A DNA stretch of 64,000 bases from an uncultured Oscillospiraceae bacterium (GCA_944385675.1 CALWYD010000080.1:35193-99192); one strand, 5' to 3'; counted from the first letter of the stretch, positions 20,587-30,670 are shown. The notes: generated by a model from the sequence alone, not told the origin. Translations and numbers: made by a program.

Positions 20587-22223
20587 TGCAGACCAATTCC
20601 TCTCTGCGCTTGCCCCCCCAGGTGGGCCAGCCGGCCACCACCTTCTCCATGATGTTGGACATGCTGGTGGCCCTGCTCCCCGCCCTGAGCATGGGTATAT
20701 TCTTTTTCGGGTTCAGGGTACTGGTGCTGGCCGCGGTCTCGGTGGGTGCCTGTGTACTGTTTGAATATGGCTACCGTCGCTTTACCGGACAGGAAAATAC
20801 TGTCCGCGACCTGTCTGCCTGTGTCACCGGGCTTCTGCTGGCCATGAGCCTGCCTCCCTCTGCCCCTTACTGGGTACCCGTGCTGGGCGCCGCCTTCTCC
20901 ATTGTATTGGTCAAACAGTTTTATGGCGGGTTGGGGAAAAACTTTATGAACCCTGCCCTGGGCGGACGGATGCTGCTGGCCACGTTCCCCGCCCTGATGA
21001 CCACCTGGCCCCAGCCCCTGCTTGGAGTGGATGCCGTCTCCGCTGCCACCCCCATGTCTTACCTCCACGACGGCCTGCTTCCCCCCCAGACACTGGGCCA
21101 ACTCCTGCTGGGCCAACAGGGTGGCTGCGCCGGGGAGACCTCCGCCTTCATGCTCCTGCTGGGCGGAGGCTATCTGCTGCTGCGCCGGGTCATCTCCCCA
21201 CGCATCCCCCTCTCCTACCTGGGGACGGTGGCTGCGCTGGCTTTGCTGTTCCCTCAGGGAGACCAGGGGGCCTTAGTGTGGATGTGCGCAAATCTGCTCA
21301 GCGGCGGACTGCTGCTGGGGGCGATTTTTATGGCCACCGATCCCACCACCTCTCCCGTCACACCCAGAGGGCAGATCCTGTTTGGCATAGGCTGCGGCCT
21401 GCTCACGGCCCTGCTGCGCAGTTGCAGTTCCTACCCCGAGGGAGTGGGATGGGCCATCCTTACTATGAACTGCTGCGTGTGGTTACTGGATCGGGCGGGG
21501 ATGCCCCGCCGTTTTGGCATCTCCCGCTTTCATGCCCTAAAAGAGCAGTGGGAACAGCTGCGGCAGAGCACAGCGGAAATCCGTTTTGTCAAGCCCAAGC
21601 TTTCCTTTCGCTTTCACCAGGCAGGTAAAATGCCCGGCGAAGACCACCTGGAGCAGATCCGCACTCAGACCCGGTGTCTGGGCTGTCTTGGGGTGGTAGT
21701 GCTGGCTGTTGGGTTGATGCTTTTTGCTGTCCACCGGTTCACCGATCTCAACACAGTCCGCGCAGAGAACCAGCGGCAGCAGGCACTTCTCTCCCAAGTG
21801 ATGCCCCAGGCCGCATTTTCTTCCGAAACTCCTTATCGAGCCAGCGGCGCGTTATCCATTACTGCCGGATATAGCAGCGATAACCAGTTGCTGGGCTATT
21901 GTGTGGAGGTACAGTCCCAGGGCTTTGGCGGCGTACTTACCATGCAGGTAGGGGTCAACCTTAACGGCCAGGTCACCGGCGTGGCCGTCACCGACCACAA
22001 AGAAACTCGCAGCGTGGGTACAAACGCTATGACATCTGAGGCCTTAAGTCGGTATATTGGAAAGTCGGGCACCATCCGCTCCTCCGGGGACAACTCGGTG
22101 GACGCGGTCAGCGGAGCCACCGCTACGTCCCGGGCCATCACCGATGGTGTCAATCGGGCGCTGGCCATTGTGGCCAATCTGGATACGGAGGGAGAGGTGG
22201 AGTATGTGGACAGTGAAGTGTAG
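20586..22223 (+). CDS. rnfD: RnfD-RnfG fusion protein
   Basis: RnfD motifs GGLGKNFMNPAL, DAVSAATP, DPTTSP, YPEGV; linker; TM helix; RnfG motifs GFGG, HKET, DAVSGATATS; one reading frame. Confidence 0.88.
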   Translation: MQTNSSLRLPPQVGQPATTFSMMLDMLVALLPALSMGIFFFGFRVLVLAAVSVGACVLFEYGYRRFTGQENTVRDLSACVTGLLLAMSLPPSAPYWVPVLGAAFSIVLVKQFYGGLGKNFMNPALGGRMLLATFPALMTTWPQPLLGVDAVSAATPMSYLHDGLLPPQTLGQLLLGQQGGCAGETSAFMLLLGGGYLLLRRVISPRIPLSYLGTVAALALLFPQGDQGALVWMCANLLSGGLLLGAIFMATDPTTSPVTPRGQILFGIGCGLLTALLRSCSSYPEGVGWAILTMNCCVWLLDRAGMPRRFGISRFHALKEQWEQLRQSTAEIRFVKPKLSFRFHQAGKMPGEDHLEQIRTQTRCLGCLGVVVLAVGLMLFAVHRFTDLNTVRAENQRQQALLSQVMPQAAFSSETPYRASGALSITAGYSSDNQLLGYCVEVQSQGFGGVLTMQVGVNLNGQVTGVAVTDHKETRSVGTNAMTSEALSRYIGKSGTIRSSGDNSVDAVSGATATSRAITDGVNRALAIVANLDTEGEVEYVDSEV

Positions 22224-22256
22224 TCCCTCCCGCCAGGGGAAGGAGGCAGGTCACTG

Positions 22257-22844
22257 ATGGCTGTATTGGATTTGGCAGGCGTGGCCCTGGCTGCCCTTTT
22301 GTCGGAAAATTTTGTATTGGTCTCCTCCATGGGAATTGGAACCCGAGTGGAGTCATTCCGCAGCCCGGTGGATGCCCTGCGCTCGGGCTACTGCCTGACC
22401 GTGGTCATGGTTCTCTCGACCCTGCTTTCCTGGCTGGCCAACTATTTGGTGCTGGACCGCTTTGGGTGGCAACACTTCCGGCTTCTGGCTCTCTGTCTGC
22501 TGGTGACAGGGGTGATATCAGGACTTCACGCTTTTCTGCAAGCCTGTCTACCGGCGCTGTTTCAGCGCATCAAGGGGAATTTATCTGCCGTATCCACCAA
22601 CTGCGCCGCCCTGGGCTGTACTCTGCTCATTTCCCAGCGCAGCTATGGTCTTGGTGCCGCCTTGCTGTTTTCCCTGTTTGGGGGGATCGGGGCCACCCTG
22701 GCCCTGGCCAGCTTCGCCAGCCTGCGGGGAGAGGTGAGCTTCGACCACTGTCCCCGGTGCTTTCAGGGTGCTCCCATTCTGCTGCTTACCGCCGGGCTGA
22801 TGGCTCTGGCCCTGGTGGGTTTTTACGGCCTGCATTTGCACTGA
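22257..22844 (+). CDS. rnfA: RnfA/Nqr-like membrane subunit (divergent)
   Basis: ENFVL, STNCAALG, PRCFQGAPILLLTAGLMALALVGF. Confidence 0.8.
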   Translation: MAVLDLAGVALAALLSENFVLVSSMGIGTRVESFRSPVDALRSGYCLTVVMVLSTLLSWLANYLVLDRFGWQHFRLLALCLLVTGVISGLHAFLQACLPALFQRIKGNLSAVSTNCAALGCTLLISQRSYGLGAALLFSLFGGIGATLALASFASLRGEVSFDHCPRCFQGAPILLLTAGLMALALVGFYGLHLH

Positions 22845-22948
22845 GTGCGACCTCTATTTCAGATCAGGGAATCACGCCCCGGAAACTGCAAAAAATATGG
22901 AGAAGCGCTGCAAAAGCACTTCTCCATACTTTTTCTCAGGAATTGCGT

Positions 22949-23119
22949 TTACTTGGCTCCCAGCTTGAAGGAGGCGCACTCGGTTCCCTCACACGCAGTG
23001 GGGTTTGCGCCGCAGCAACCTACCTTGATGCTGTCCAGGGAGCAGCAGTTGCTTGCGTTATGGTACGCACAGCTGCTGACAGTGCACTGGATGCTGGTAT
23101 TGCAGGACTTGTTCTCCAT
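22949..23119 (-). CDS. DUF1540 small Cys-rich protein
   Basis: IQCTVSSCAYH...CSLDSIKVG...TECASF; GAGGAGG RBS. Confidence 0.85.
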   Translation of the reverse strand: MENKSCNTSIQCTVSSCAYHNASNCCSLDSIKVGCCGANPTACEGTECASFKLGAK

Positions 23120-23150
23120 ACATAAAACCTCCTCACTCACAGGATGGGTT

Positions 23151-23179
23151 TAGTATGGTCGTTGTGGCGCATGTTATTC
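23151..23179 (-). promoter_or_regulatory. Putative sigma-G (forespore) promoter for the DUF1540 gene
   Basis: Minus strand GAATA-N17-CATACTA matches the sigma-G consensus. Confidence 0.55.
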
Positions 23180-24010
23180 CTTCGGTGCGTGATTTTCTTC
23201 TCCCTCCTCCAGAACCCGGGGAATAAAGCGGCGGGCAAAACGGCCTTTCCCTCGACTTTTTACATAAAAATATCCAATAAAGGAGAATACCACGGCCCCT
23301 ACAAAGTTCACGGCCAGATCCTTCATGGTGTCCAACAGCCCCACATCCAGATAGCCCCCCAACCCTAGGGGAATCTCCTCTCCTCCAGCCACCACGATAA
23401 CATCGGTAATGTCCCGGATAATCATTGGGGTGTTTCCTCCCGTAGGATCCAGCATAACTGAGGAAATAGCGTGGGTCACCGTGTCCTTCTGCATATCCAA
23501 CAAAAACAACTGATCCATCCCACACTCAAAAAACTCCCACAACACGCCAATTGTCATAGAGAAGCAGAAAGCCACAATGGCCATGAAGGTGGGGGACAGG
23601 GACAAAGAAAATCGCTCGTTGCGGTTGAGCATGTCTACCAAAGAAAAGCCGATGGCGGCACATAAAAACCCGTTGAGGGTATGGAGCATGGTGTCCCAGC
23701 CAGGAAATGTGGTATAAAACGACCGTATCTCCCCTAAAATCTCTGCTGCAAAAATAAACAGCATAATAATAATTTCCAGGGTGTTGGGCAGATCAATCTG
23801 CAGAGAACGCTCCACGATGGTGGGCAGCAGGAGCAGAACCAAGGTGAGGACACATAAAAATACATTTTCAAAATTACCGTTGAAAAACTGCGCTACCATC
23901 ACCGCGATGACGAAAAAGCGCAGAAAGACATAAACGGCAGCCACCGTGTGTTTTTTCCTGAGCGCCTGATCCGCCCAAGCGAAAACGTTGCGTTTTTTCT
24001 TTCTTGCCAA
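23174..24010 (-). CDS. Conserved integral membrane protein
   Basis: Multiple TM helices; WDTMLH, GVLWEFFE, DTMKDL. Confidence 0.8.
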   Translation of the reverse strand: MARKKKRNVFAWADQALRKKHTVAAVYVFLRFFVIAVMVAQFFNGNFENVFLCVLTLVLLLLPTIVERSLQIDLPNTLEIIIMLFIFAAEILGEIRSFYTTFPGWDTMLHTLNGFLCAAIGFSLVDMLNRNERFSLSLSPTFMAIVAFCFSMTIGVLWEFFECGMDQLFLLDMQKDTVTHAISSVMLDPTGGNTPMIIRDITDVIVVAGGEEIPLGLGGYLDVGLLDTMKDLAVNFVGAVVFSFIGYFYVKSRGKGRFARRFIPRVLEEGEENHAPKE

Positions 24011-24134
24011 GGGGTTTCGCTCCCTTCCTTGGTGTAGTTTTTATCAGTATATCCACTCCCTCCTGCAAAGTCAAGGCGGGCTGCTGTCAAGTTCTTCCGT
24101 CTGCGGCATACAATGGGGACAGGAGGTGAGTTTT

Positions 24135-24347
24135 TTGGACTTGCGAAACCAAACCATTACCGTGGGAGAGCTGCTGGACAACCCCAAATCCCGGGCAGTT
24201 TTTCAACGCCGGTTCGGCCGGCTGATGAACCACCCCATGGTGGGGGCGGCCCGTTCCCTGACCCTCAGGCAGCTGGCGGAGATGGCGGCAGTCTATCTGC
24301 CCAAAAAGACCATCGACGAAACCCTACGGGAGCTGCAGCGGCTGTAA
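24135..24347 (+). CDS. Small hypothetical protein
   Basis: TTG start after AGGAGGTG; MDLRNQTITVGELLDNPKSRAVF... Confidence 0.65.
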   Translation: MDLRNQTITVGELLDNPKSRAVFQRRFGRLMNHPMVGAARSLTLRQLAEMAAVYLPKKTIDETLRELQRL

Positions 24348-24461
24348 CTGCTTCAGAGTCAGGGTGCCGGGAATGCATTTCTTCCCAGTAACGGGTTGCC
24401 AGACGGGACATTTTGGGATAAAATAAAATATCATTTAACTTGATTGCTGGGAGGGAACGCC

Positions 24462-25280
24462 ATGGACATGATTCAAACGCAGTGCTGTGGCGTCCCTTTC
24501 TATTTCTGCTCCCATCCCGCCTGGTCAGGGGCAGCCCACGGCTTCTCTACCCGGCTGGGGGGTGTGTCCCCCTCCCCATGGGACAGTTTGAACCTTGGGG
24601 CAGGCCGAGGGGACGCGCCCGAGCGGGTGGAGGAAAATTTTCGTCGATTTTGCGCCGCAGTGGGCACCCATTCTGACGCAGTCATAAAAAACCACCAGGT
24701 CCATGGGGCGGTGGTACGCCGGGTGACCTCCCGGGAAGAGGCCGTAGAACTCTCTCAGTCAGGCACCTTCCCCGCTGACGCCCTGGTCACCCAGGTCCCC
24801 GGCCTGTGCCTGACCGTCTTTTCCGCCGACTGTATCCCTGTTCTGCTCTATGACCCGGTGCGCCGGGTGGTGGGGGCCGCCCACGCTGGGTGGCGGGGCA
24901 CTGCCGCAGGAGTCGTCTTCCAGGCCATACACACCATGGTACGGGACTATGGATGTACCCCCGGTGACATTCTGGCCGCCATCGGCCCGGGTATTTCCTC
25001 CTGCTGTTTTGAGACCCACGCCGATGTGCCAGAAGGCCTGCGCCAGGGCCTGCATGAGCAGGCTGAGCCCTTCATTCATCCCCTGCCAGGGGGTAAAAAG
25101 TTTCGGGTGGACCTAAAGGGAGCAAATGCCCGGTGGTTGGAACAGGCCGGCCTTTTCCCAGAACACATAGCCCTCTGCCCCGTGTGTACTGCCTGCAGGC
25201 CGGATTTGTTCTGGTCCCACCGCCGCCTGGGTCAGGCCCGGGGCAGCATGGCAGCCATGATTGAACTGCGCCTGCAATAA
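24462..25280 (+). CDS. pgeF: PgeF/YfiH (LACC1-like) purine nucleoside phosphorylase family
   Basis: FSTRLGGVS, QVHG, ADCIPVLL, HAGWRG, IGPGI..CCFE, SHRR. Confidence 0.9.
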   Translation: MDMIQTQCCGVPFYFCSHPAWSGAAHGFSTRLGGVSPSPWDSLNLGAGRGDAPERVEENFRRFCAAVGTHSDAVIKNHQVHGAVVRRVTSREEAVELSQSGTFPADALVTQVPGLCLTVFSADCIPVLLYDPVRRVVGAAHAGWRGTAAGVVFQAIHTMVRDYGCTPGDILAAIGPGISSCCFETHADVPEGLRQGLHEQAEPFIHPLPGGKKFRVDLKGANARWLEQAGLFPEHIALCPVCTACRPDLFWSHRRLGQARGSMAAMIELRLQ

Positions 25281-25290
25281 AGGAAGATTT

Positions 25291-26811
25291 ATGAACGTAC
25301 GACCACTACTATCCCTGGTGCTGGCTGCTGCCCTGCTGGCCGGCTGCACCACTCATACGGATTTCTCTGACACGGCCGGTTTCCCTTCCCCGGGAAGCAG
25401 TTCCGCCTCTGGTCAGGAGGGGGCCCTCTCCTCTGTAAACGTTCCTTTTACCTTGGCTGTCTATGCCGACTACAGCCTCCACCCCGTGCTAGCGGAAAAC
25501 CGGGCCAATCTGACTTTGTCTCCTTTGCTCTATGAGCCTCTGTTTCAGCTGGATCCCCAGTTTCAGCCTGAGGGCGTACTGTGCCGGAGCTATACAGTTA
25601 GTGAGGACAAGCTTACCTGGACGTTTACTCTGCACTCTGGAATTACCTTCTCTGACGGTACCCTCCTCACCGGCCAGGTGGTGGCCGACGCCCTGAATCT
25701 GGCCCGACAGGAGGATTCCCGCTATGCCCAGCGGCTGGCGGATGTGGCCTCTGTCAGCGGCGAAGGAAACACCGTGTCCGTTACTCTTTCCCGGCCTAAC
25801 GGAGCGCTGCCTGCTCTGCTGGACATCCCCATTGCTTTAGGCGACGGGACACGCCCGGCAGGCACGGGCCCCTATGTTCTGACAGAAGACGGACAGGATC
25901 TGTCCCTTACCGCCCGCTCCGGTTGGTGGCAGGACAAGCAGCTGCCCGCTCAGGAGCTCTCCCTGCGGGAGGTACGCAAGGCGGATGACCTCCTCTCCGC
26001 TTTCTCTTCCGGAGATATCAGTCTGGTAGAGGTAGATCTGATGGGCACCAACGCCCTGGGCTACTCAGGCAGCTACGAGACTTGGGACTACACCACTACC
26101 GACCTGCTCTACCTGGGCTTCAATACCCAGAGGGGGCTGTGCCGCTCCGCCCAGGCGCGCCAGGCCCTGGCTCTGGCCATCGACCGCCGCTCCATTGTCC
26201 AAACTGACTATGCCCGTCACGCTGTGGCCGCTGCCCTCCCGATCCACCCGGACAGCCCCCTCTACAGCCAGAGCCTGACCCAGCAGGGGGAATATAACCC
26301 GGAACAGCTGGTTTCCCAGTTGGAAGAGTTGGGGCTGCAGAACAGCTCCCTGATACTTCTGGTCAACAATGAGAATGCGGCTAAGCTGGCCGCTGCCCAA
26401 CGAATTGCCTACCAGCTGGACGCGGCCGGGCTATCTGTTACCCTCACCTCTCTCCCTTTTGAAGAATTTACCTCTGCCCTGTCCCAAGGTGAGTTTGACC
26501 TCTATCTGGGCGAGGTAGTACTCACAGCCGACTTTGATCTCTCCCCCCTGCTCTCTGCCAACGGCAGCCTAAACTACGGCCAGTGGCAGGATGAGCAGAT
26601 CTCCTCCCTGCTGGATGCATTCCGGACGTCTGACAGCAGCAGTCGCCCTGCCGCCGCTCAGGCACTGTATGCCTATCTTATGCAGCAAGTTCCCATTGCC
26701 CCTATCTGCTTTAAGAACGGCTCTGCGCTTACCCAATGGGGACGTCTTTCCGGCCTTTCGCCAGTACGGGGAAATGTATTTTATCATCTGGAGAACTGGA
26801 CCATTCAATAG
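25291..26811 (+). CDS. Family 5 ABC substrate-binding lipoprotein (orphan)
   Basis: Lipobox LLAGC; YEPLF, FSDG, GTGPY, GFN. Confidence 0.85.
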   Translation: MNVRPLLSLVLAAALLAGCTTHTDFSDTAGFPSPGSSSASGQEGALSSVNVPFTLAVYADYSLHPVLAENRANLTLSPLLYEPLFQLDPQFQPEGVLCRSYTVSEDKLTWTFTLHSGITFSDGTLLTGQVVADALNLARQEDSRYAQRLADVASVSGEGNTVSVTLSRPNGALPALLDIPIALGDGTRPAGTGPYVLTEDGQDLSLTARSGWWQDKQLPAQELSLREVRKADDLLSAFSSGDISLVEVDLMGTNALGYSGSYETWDYTTTDLLYLGFNTQRGLCRSAQARQALALAIDRRSIVQTDYARHAVAAALPIHPDSPLYSQSLTQQGEYNPEQLVSQLEELGLQNSSLILLVNNENAAKLAAAQRIAYQLDAAGLSVTLTSLPFEEFTSALSQGEFDLYLGEVVLTADFDLSPLLSANGSLNYGQWQDEQISSLLDAFRTSDSSSRPAAAQALYAYLMQQVPIAPICFKNGSALTQWGRLSGLSPVRGNVFYHLENWTIQ

Positions 26812-26891
26812 ATATAGATAAAGCGTCTCTCCGGCCCCCAAAGCCCGGTGTTGCCGGCCGGTGAGCTGCCAACGAAGCGGAGGAAAAATAT

Positions 26892-29800
26892 ATGAGTGTA
26901 TTTCGCTGTTATTCCATGAAGAAACCAGGGTTTGATGTAGAAGCCCGGGGGCTGTGTAAATCTCTTCAGGAGCAGCTGGGGATTCAGGATCTGGTGTCGG
27001 TATCTATTCTCAACCGGTATGATGCTGACCAGATTGATCCTGCCGTCTATCAACAGGCCAAGTCCATCGTCTTCTCTGAGCCCCAGGTGGACGTGGTCTA
27101 TGATGAGGACTTTCCCCGTCCTGCCGGTCCCCACACCATCCTGGCAGTAGAGGCCCTTCCAGGGCAGTTTGACCAGCGTGCGGATTCCTGTGCGCAATGT
27201 ATCCAACTTATGGCCGGGGTGGACCGCCCCCTCATTGCCTATGCCAAGGTACATATTTTGGAGGGCAGCATCTCTCAAGGGGACCTGGATAAGATCCGCG
27301 GCTATCTTATTAACCCTGTAGAGAGCCGAGAGGCCTCCATGGACAAGCCGGACACCCTGGTACGCGCCCACCCCGCTCCCAACCATGTGGACACCGTGAC
27401 CGGTTTCACTGCCCTGGATGAGGCGGGGCTGCAGGCCCTATTGGCCCAACTGGGCCTGGCCATGGATTTGGACGACCTGAAGTTTCTGCAGACCTACTTC
27501 CGGGATGAGGAGGGCCGCGACCCTACTATCACCGAGGTGCGGGTGGTGGACACCTATTGGTCTGACCACTGCCGCCACACCACCTTCTCCACCCACATTG
27601 ACCAGGTGGTGCTGGAGGACGAGGCAGTGAAGGCCGCCTATCAGCGGTATCTGGATGCTCGGGTAGAGGTCTACGGCCCGGAGAAGGCTGCCCAGCGGCC
27701 CCAGACTTTGATGGATATTGCCACTTTGGGGGCAAAAGTACTGAAAAAACGGGGGCTGCTGCCTGAGCTGGATGAGAGCGAGGAGATCAATGCCTGTTCC
27801 ATCCGTGTTCCGGCCCAGGTGGATGGAAAAGAGCAGGAGTGGCTGCTCATGTTTAAGAATGAGACCCACAACCACCCCACTGAAATTGAGCCCTTTGGCG
27901 GCGCAGCCACCTGTATCGGCGGCTGTATTCGGGACCCTCTGTCCGGCCGGGTCTATGTCCACCAGGCCATGCGCTTCACCGGAGGCGGCGATCCCCGGGT
28001 GCCCTTCTCCCAGACTACTCCGGGCAAGCTTCCCCAGCGGAAGTTGGCCGTCACTGCTGCGGCGGGCTACTCCTCCTATGGAAATCAAATCGGCCTGGCC
28101 ACCGGCCATGTAGCCGAGGTTTACCACCAGGGCTATATTGCCAAGCGCCTGGAGTGCGGGGCAGTGGTGGGGGCTGCCCCTGCCCACCATGTGCGCCGGG
28201 AAGTGCCTGCCCCGGGAGACGTTGTCATCCTTCTGGGAGGGCGCACCGGTCGGGACGGCATCGGGGGTGCCACTGGTTCCTCCAAGAGCCACAACATGAA
28301 ATCCCTGACTACCATGGCCTCTGAGGTACAAAAGGGCAATGCACCTGAGGAGCGGAAGATCCAGCGGCTGTTCCGAAATGGCCGCGTCACCCGCCTAATT
28401 AAGCGGTGCAACGACTTCGGGGCCGGGGGCGTATCCGTAGCCATTGGCGAGTTGGCTGACGGCCTTGAGATTAATCTGGACGCGGTGCGCAAGAAATACG
28501 ACGGGCTGGACGGCACAGAGCTGGCCATTTCAGAGAGCCAGGAGCGCATGGCGGTAGTGGTAGCTCCTCAGGACGCGGACAAGTTTATTGCCGCGGCGGA
28601 GGAAGAGAATCTGGAGGCCTATCAGGTCGCTGTAGTTACCCAGAGCCCCCGTATGGTGATGCGCTGGAAAGGACAGAAAATTGCTGATTTGTCCCGTGCC
28701 TTTCTGAATACCAACGGGGCGGTAAAGCACGCCCGGGTATCCGTCCCCAAGCAATCTGCCCAGAGCCTGCCGGTCATCGACCAAAGGGGGGCGTGGCAGG
28801 GGGATCGTGATCTGCAGGCACTCCCTTTCCGCTCCTTAACAGAGATGGCCGGCAGCTTGAAATGTGCCTCCCGCCGCGGACTCACCGAGCGCTTTGACGG
28901 CTCCATTGGCGCGGGCAGCGTACTTATGCCCTACGGAGGTAAATATCAGCGCACCCCCGCCCAGGCTATGGCAGCTCTGTTCCCGGTGGATCCGGGACAG
29001 GAAACGGACCAGGCCAGCGTCATGGCCTGGGGCTTTGACCCGGAGCGTATGGGTATCAACCCCTATGCCGGCGCCCGGGAATCAGTGTACTCCTCTATGG
29101 CTAAGATTGTGGCTGCAGGGGCTGACTATAAGAAGGCCTATCTCACATTCCAGGAATTTTTCGAGAAGCTGAGGGATGACCCGGAGCGCTGGGGGAAGCC
29201 CTTTGCCGCCCTGCTGGGCGGTCTGGACGCCCAACTGGAGCTGGGAGCAGCTGCTATTGGCGGTAAGGACTCCATGTCCGGTTCTTTCCTGGACATGGAT
29301 GTGCCCCCCACCCTTATCTCCTTCGCCATCGCCCCAGTGAAGGCCAGCCAGGTTCTCTCCCCCGAATTTAAGGGCGCAGGCCACCGGGTATACCTCTTCC
29401 GCCCGTCAGACTGGGGCCGGTTCCACACTCTTTGCAAACAGGGGTCAATTCTCTCTGCCTACGCCGTAGAGCGCTGCGCTGCGGAAGCAATTATGAACAT
29501 GTCCTTTGGAAACGGGATTGGTTTTCAGGCTGTTGCTGCGGCTCACGGACCTGAGGTATGGTATGTTCCCATGCCGGGCTGGATCGTAGCTGAAGCAAAT
29601 ACCGAGCTAACCCAAGCCTTCCTGCTTGGAGTTACCTCCGCAGAACCTGTCATTGACCTTGGCCGAGGAGATTCGGCCCCCATCCCACAGCTGCTTACCC
29701 TCAACGACAGTGTGTTGGAGCAGGTCTACCCCACCCGCGCGGGTACGTCGGAGGCAGTGGCTCCTATCTCCTGGGACAAGCGCTCTGTGGCCGTGTGCAA

Positions 29801-30611
29801 TCATAAGGCGGCTCGGCCTCGGGCGGTTATTCCCGTCTTCCCCGGCACCAACTGCGAGTACGATACCGCCAAGGCCTGTCTGCGGGCGGGGATTGAACCT
29901 GAGATCGTCGTTATCCGAAATCTAACCACCTATCTTCTCTCCCAATCTGCCCAGGCCCTGGAAAAAGCCATTCGGGCGGCCCAGATGGTGGTACTGCCCG
30001 GAGGCTTTTCCGGTGGTGACGAGCCGGAGGGCTCGGGCAAGTTTATCGCCTCTTTCCTCCGTTCTCCCGCTTTAAGAGATGCTATTATGGATCTGCTCAA
30101 GCATCGAGACGGCCTGATGTTGGGCATTTGCAACGGCTTCCAGGCCCTGGTAAAGCTTGGTCTGGTACCATACGGAGAGATTCGGGATATGGACGCCGAT
30201 TGCCCCACCCTCACCTACAACCTCATCGGCCGGCACCAGAGCCGGTATGTTACCACCCGGGTGGCTTCCATTCAGTCCCCCTGGATGCTCAACTGCCAGG
30301 TGGGCGACCTGCACACTATCCCCATCTCCCACGGAGAGGGACGCTTCGTGGCACCTCCCCAGGTCATTTCCCAACTCATAGCCAGCGGCCAGGTGGCCAC
30401 CCAGTACGTGGATCTGGAGGGCCGGCCCTCCATGGACATTGATGTCAACCCCAATGGCTCGATGGAAGCTATCGAAGGCATCTTCTCCCCTGACGGTCGG
30501 GTCTTTGGAAAAATGGGGCATCTGGAGCGCCGCGGCACCTTTGTGGGGGTAAATATCCCCGGAGAAAAACACCAGCCTCTCTTTGAATCCGGTGCCCTGT
30601 ATTTCCGCTGA
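26892..30611 (+). CDS. purL: Phosphoribosylformylglycinamidine synthase (large, clostridial type)
   Basis: WSDHCRH, ETHNHPT, DFGAGG, SESQERM; glutaminase domain PGTNC, GICNGFQ, MGHLER. Confidence 0.96.
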   Translation: MSVFRCYSMKKPGFDVEARGLCKSLQEQLGIQDLVSVSILNRYDADQIDPAVYQQAKSIVFSEPQVDVVYDEDFPRPAGPHTILAVEALPGQFDQRADSCAQCIQLMAGVDRPLIAYAKVHILEGSISQGDLDKIRGYLINPVESREASMDKPDTLVRAHPAPNHVDTVTGFTALDEAGLQALLAQLGLAMDLDDLKFLQTYFRDEEGRDPTITEVRVVDTYWSDHCRHTTFSTHIDQVVLEDEAVKAAYQRYLDARVEVYGPEKAAQRPQTLMDIATLGAKVLKKRGLLPELDESEEINACSIRVPAQVDGKEQEWLLMFKNETHNHPTEIEPFGGAATCIGGCIRDPLSGRVYVHQAMRFTGGGDPRVPFSQTTPGKLPQRKLAVTAAAGYSSYGNQIGLATGHVAEVYHQGYIAKRLECGAVVGAAPAHHVRREVPAPGDVVILLGGRTGRDGIGGATGSSKSHNMKSLTTMASEVQKGNAPEERKIQRLFRNGRVTRLIKRCNDFGAGGVSVAIGELADGLEINLDAVRKKYDGLDGTELAISESQERMAVVVAPQDADKFIAAAEEENLEAYQVAVVTQSPRMVMRWKGQKIADLSRAFLNTNGAVKHARVSVPKQSAQSLPVIDQRGAWQGDRDLQALPFRSLTEMAGSLKCASRRGLTERFDGSIGAGSVLMPYGGKYQRTPAQAMAALFPVDPGQETDQASVMAWGFDPERMGINPYAGARESVYSSMAKIVAAGADYKKAYLTFQEFFEKLRDDPERWGKPFAALLGGLDAQLELGAAAIGGKDSMSGSFLDMDVPPTLISFAIAPVKASQVLSPEFKGAGHRVYLFRPSDWGRFHTLCKQGSILSAYAVERCAAEAIMNMSFGNGIGFQAVAAAHGPEVWYVPMPGWIVAEANTELTQAFLLGVTSAEPVIDLGRGDSAPIPQLLTLNDSVLEQVYPTRAGTSEAVAPISWDKRSVAVCNHKAARPRAVIPVFPGTNCEYDTAKACLRAGIEPEIVVIRNLTTYLLSQSAQALEKAIRAAQMVVLPGGFSGGDEPEGSGKFIASFLRSPALRDAIMDLLKHRDGLMLGICNGFQALVKLGLVPYGEIRDMDADCPTLTYNLIGRHQSRYVTTRVASIQSPWMLNCQVGDLHTIPISHGEGRFVAPPQVISQLIASGQVATQYVDLEGRPSMDIDVNPNGSMEAIEGIFSPDGRVFGKMGHLERRGTFVGVNIPGEKHQPLFESGALYFR

Positions 30612-30670
30612 GGGCATCTATCCCTTTCCCATCCAAGGCGCCTGTGCGCCGCCAGAAAAGGAGCAGACAG

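Noticed and set aside
26812-26891. ZTP, purine or PRPP (ykkC) riboswitch upstream of purL
   Set aside because: Hallmark conserved sequences of these classes are not recognisable; only a generic stem is seen
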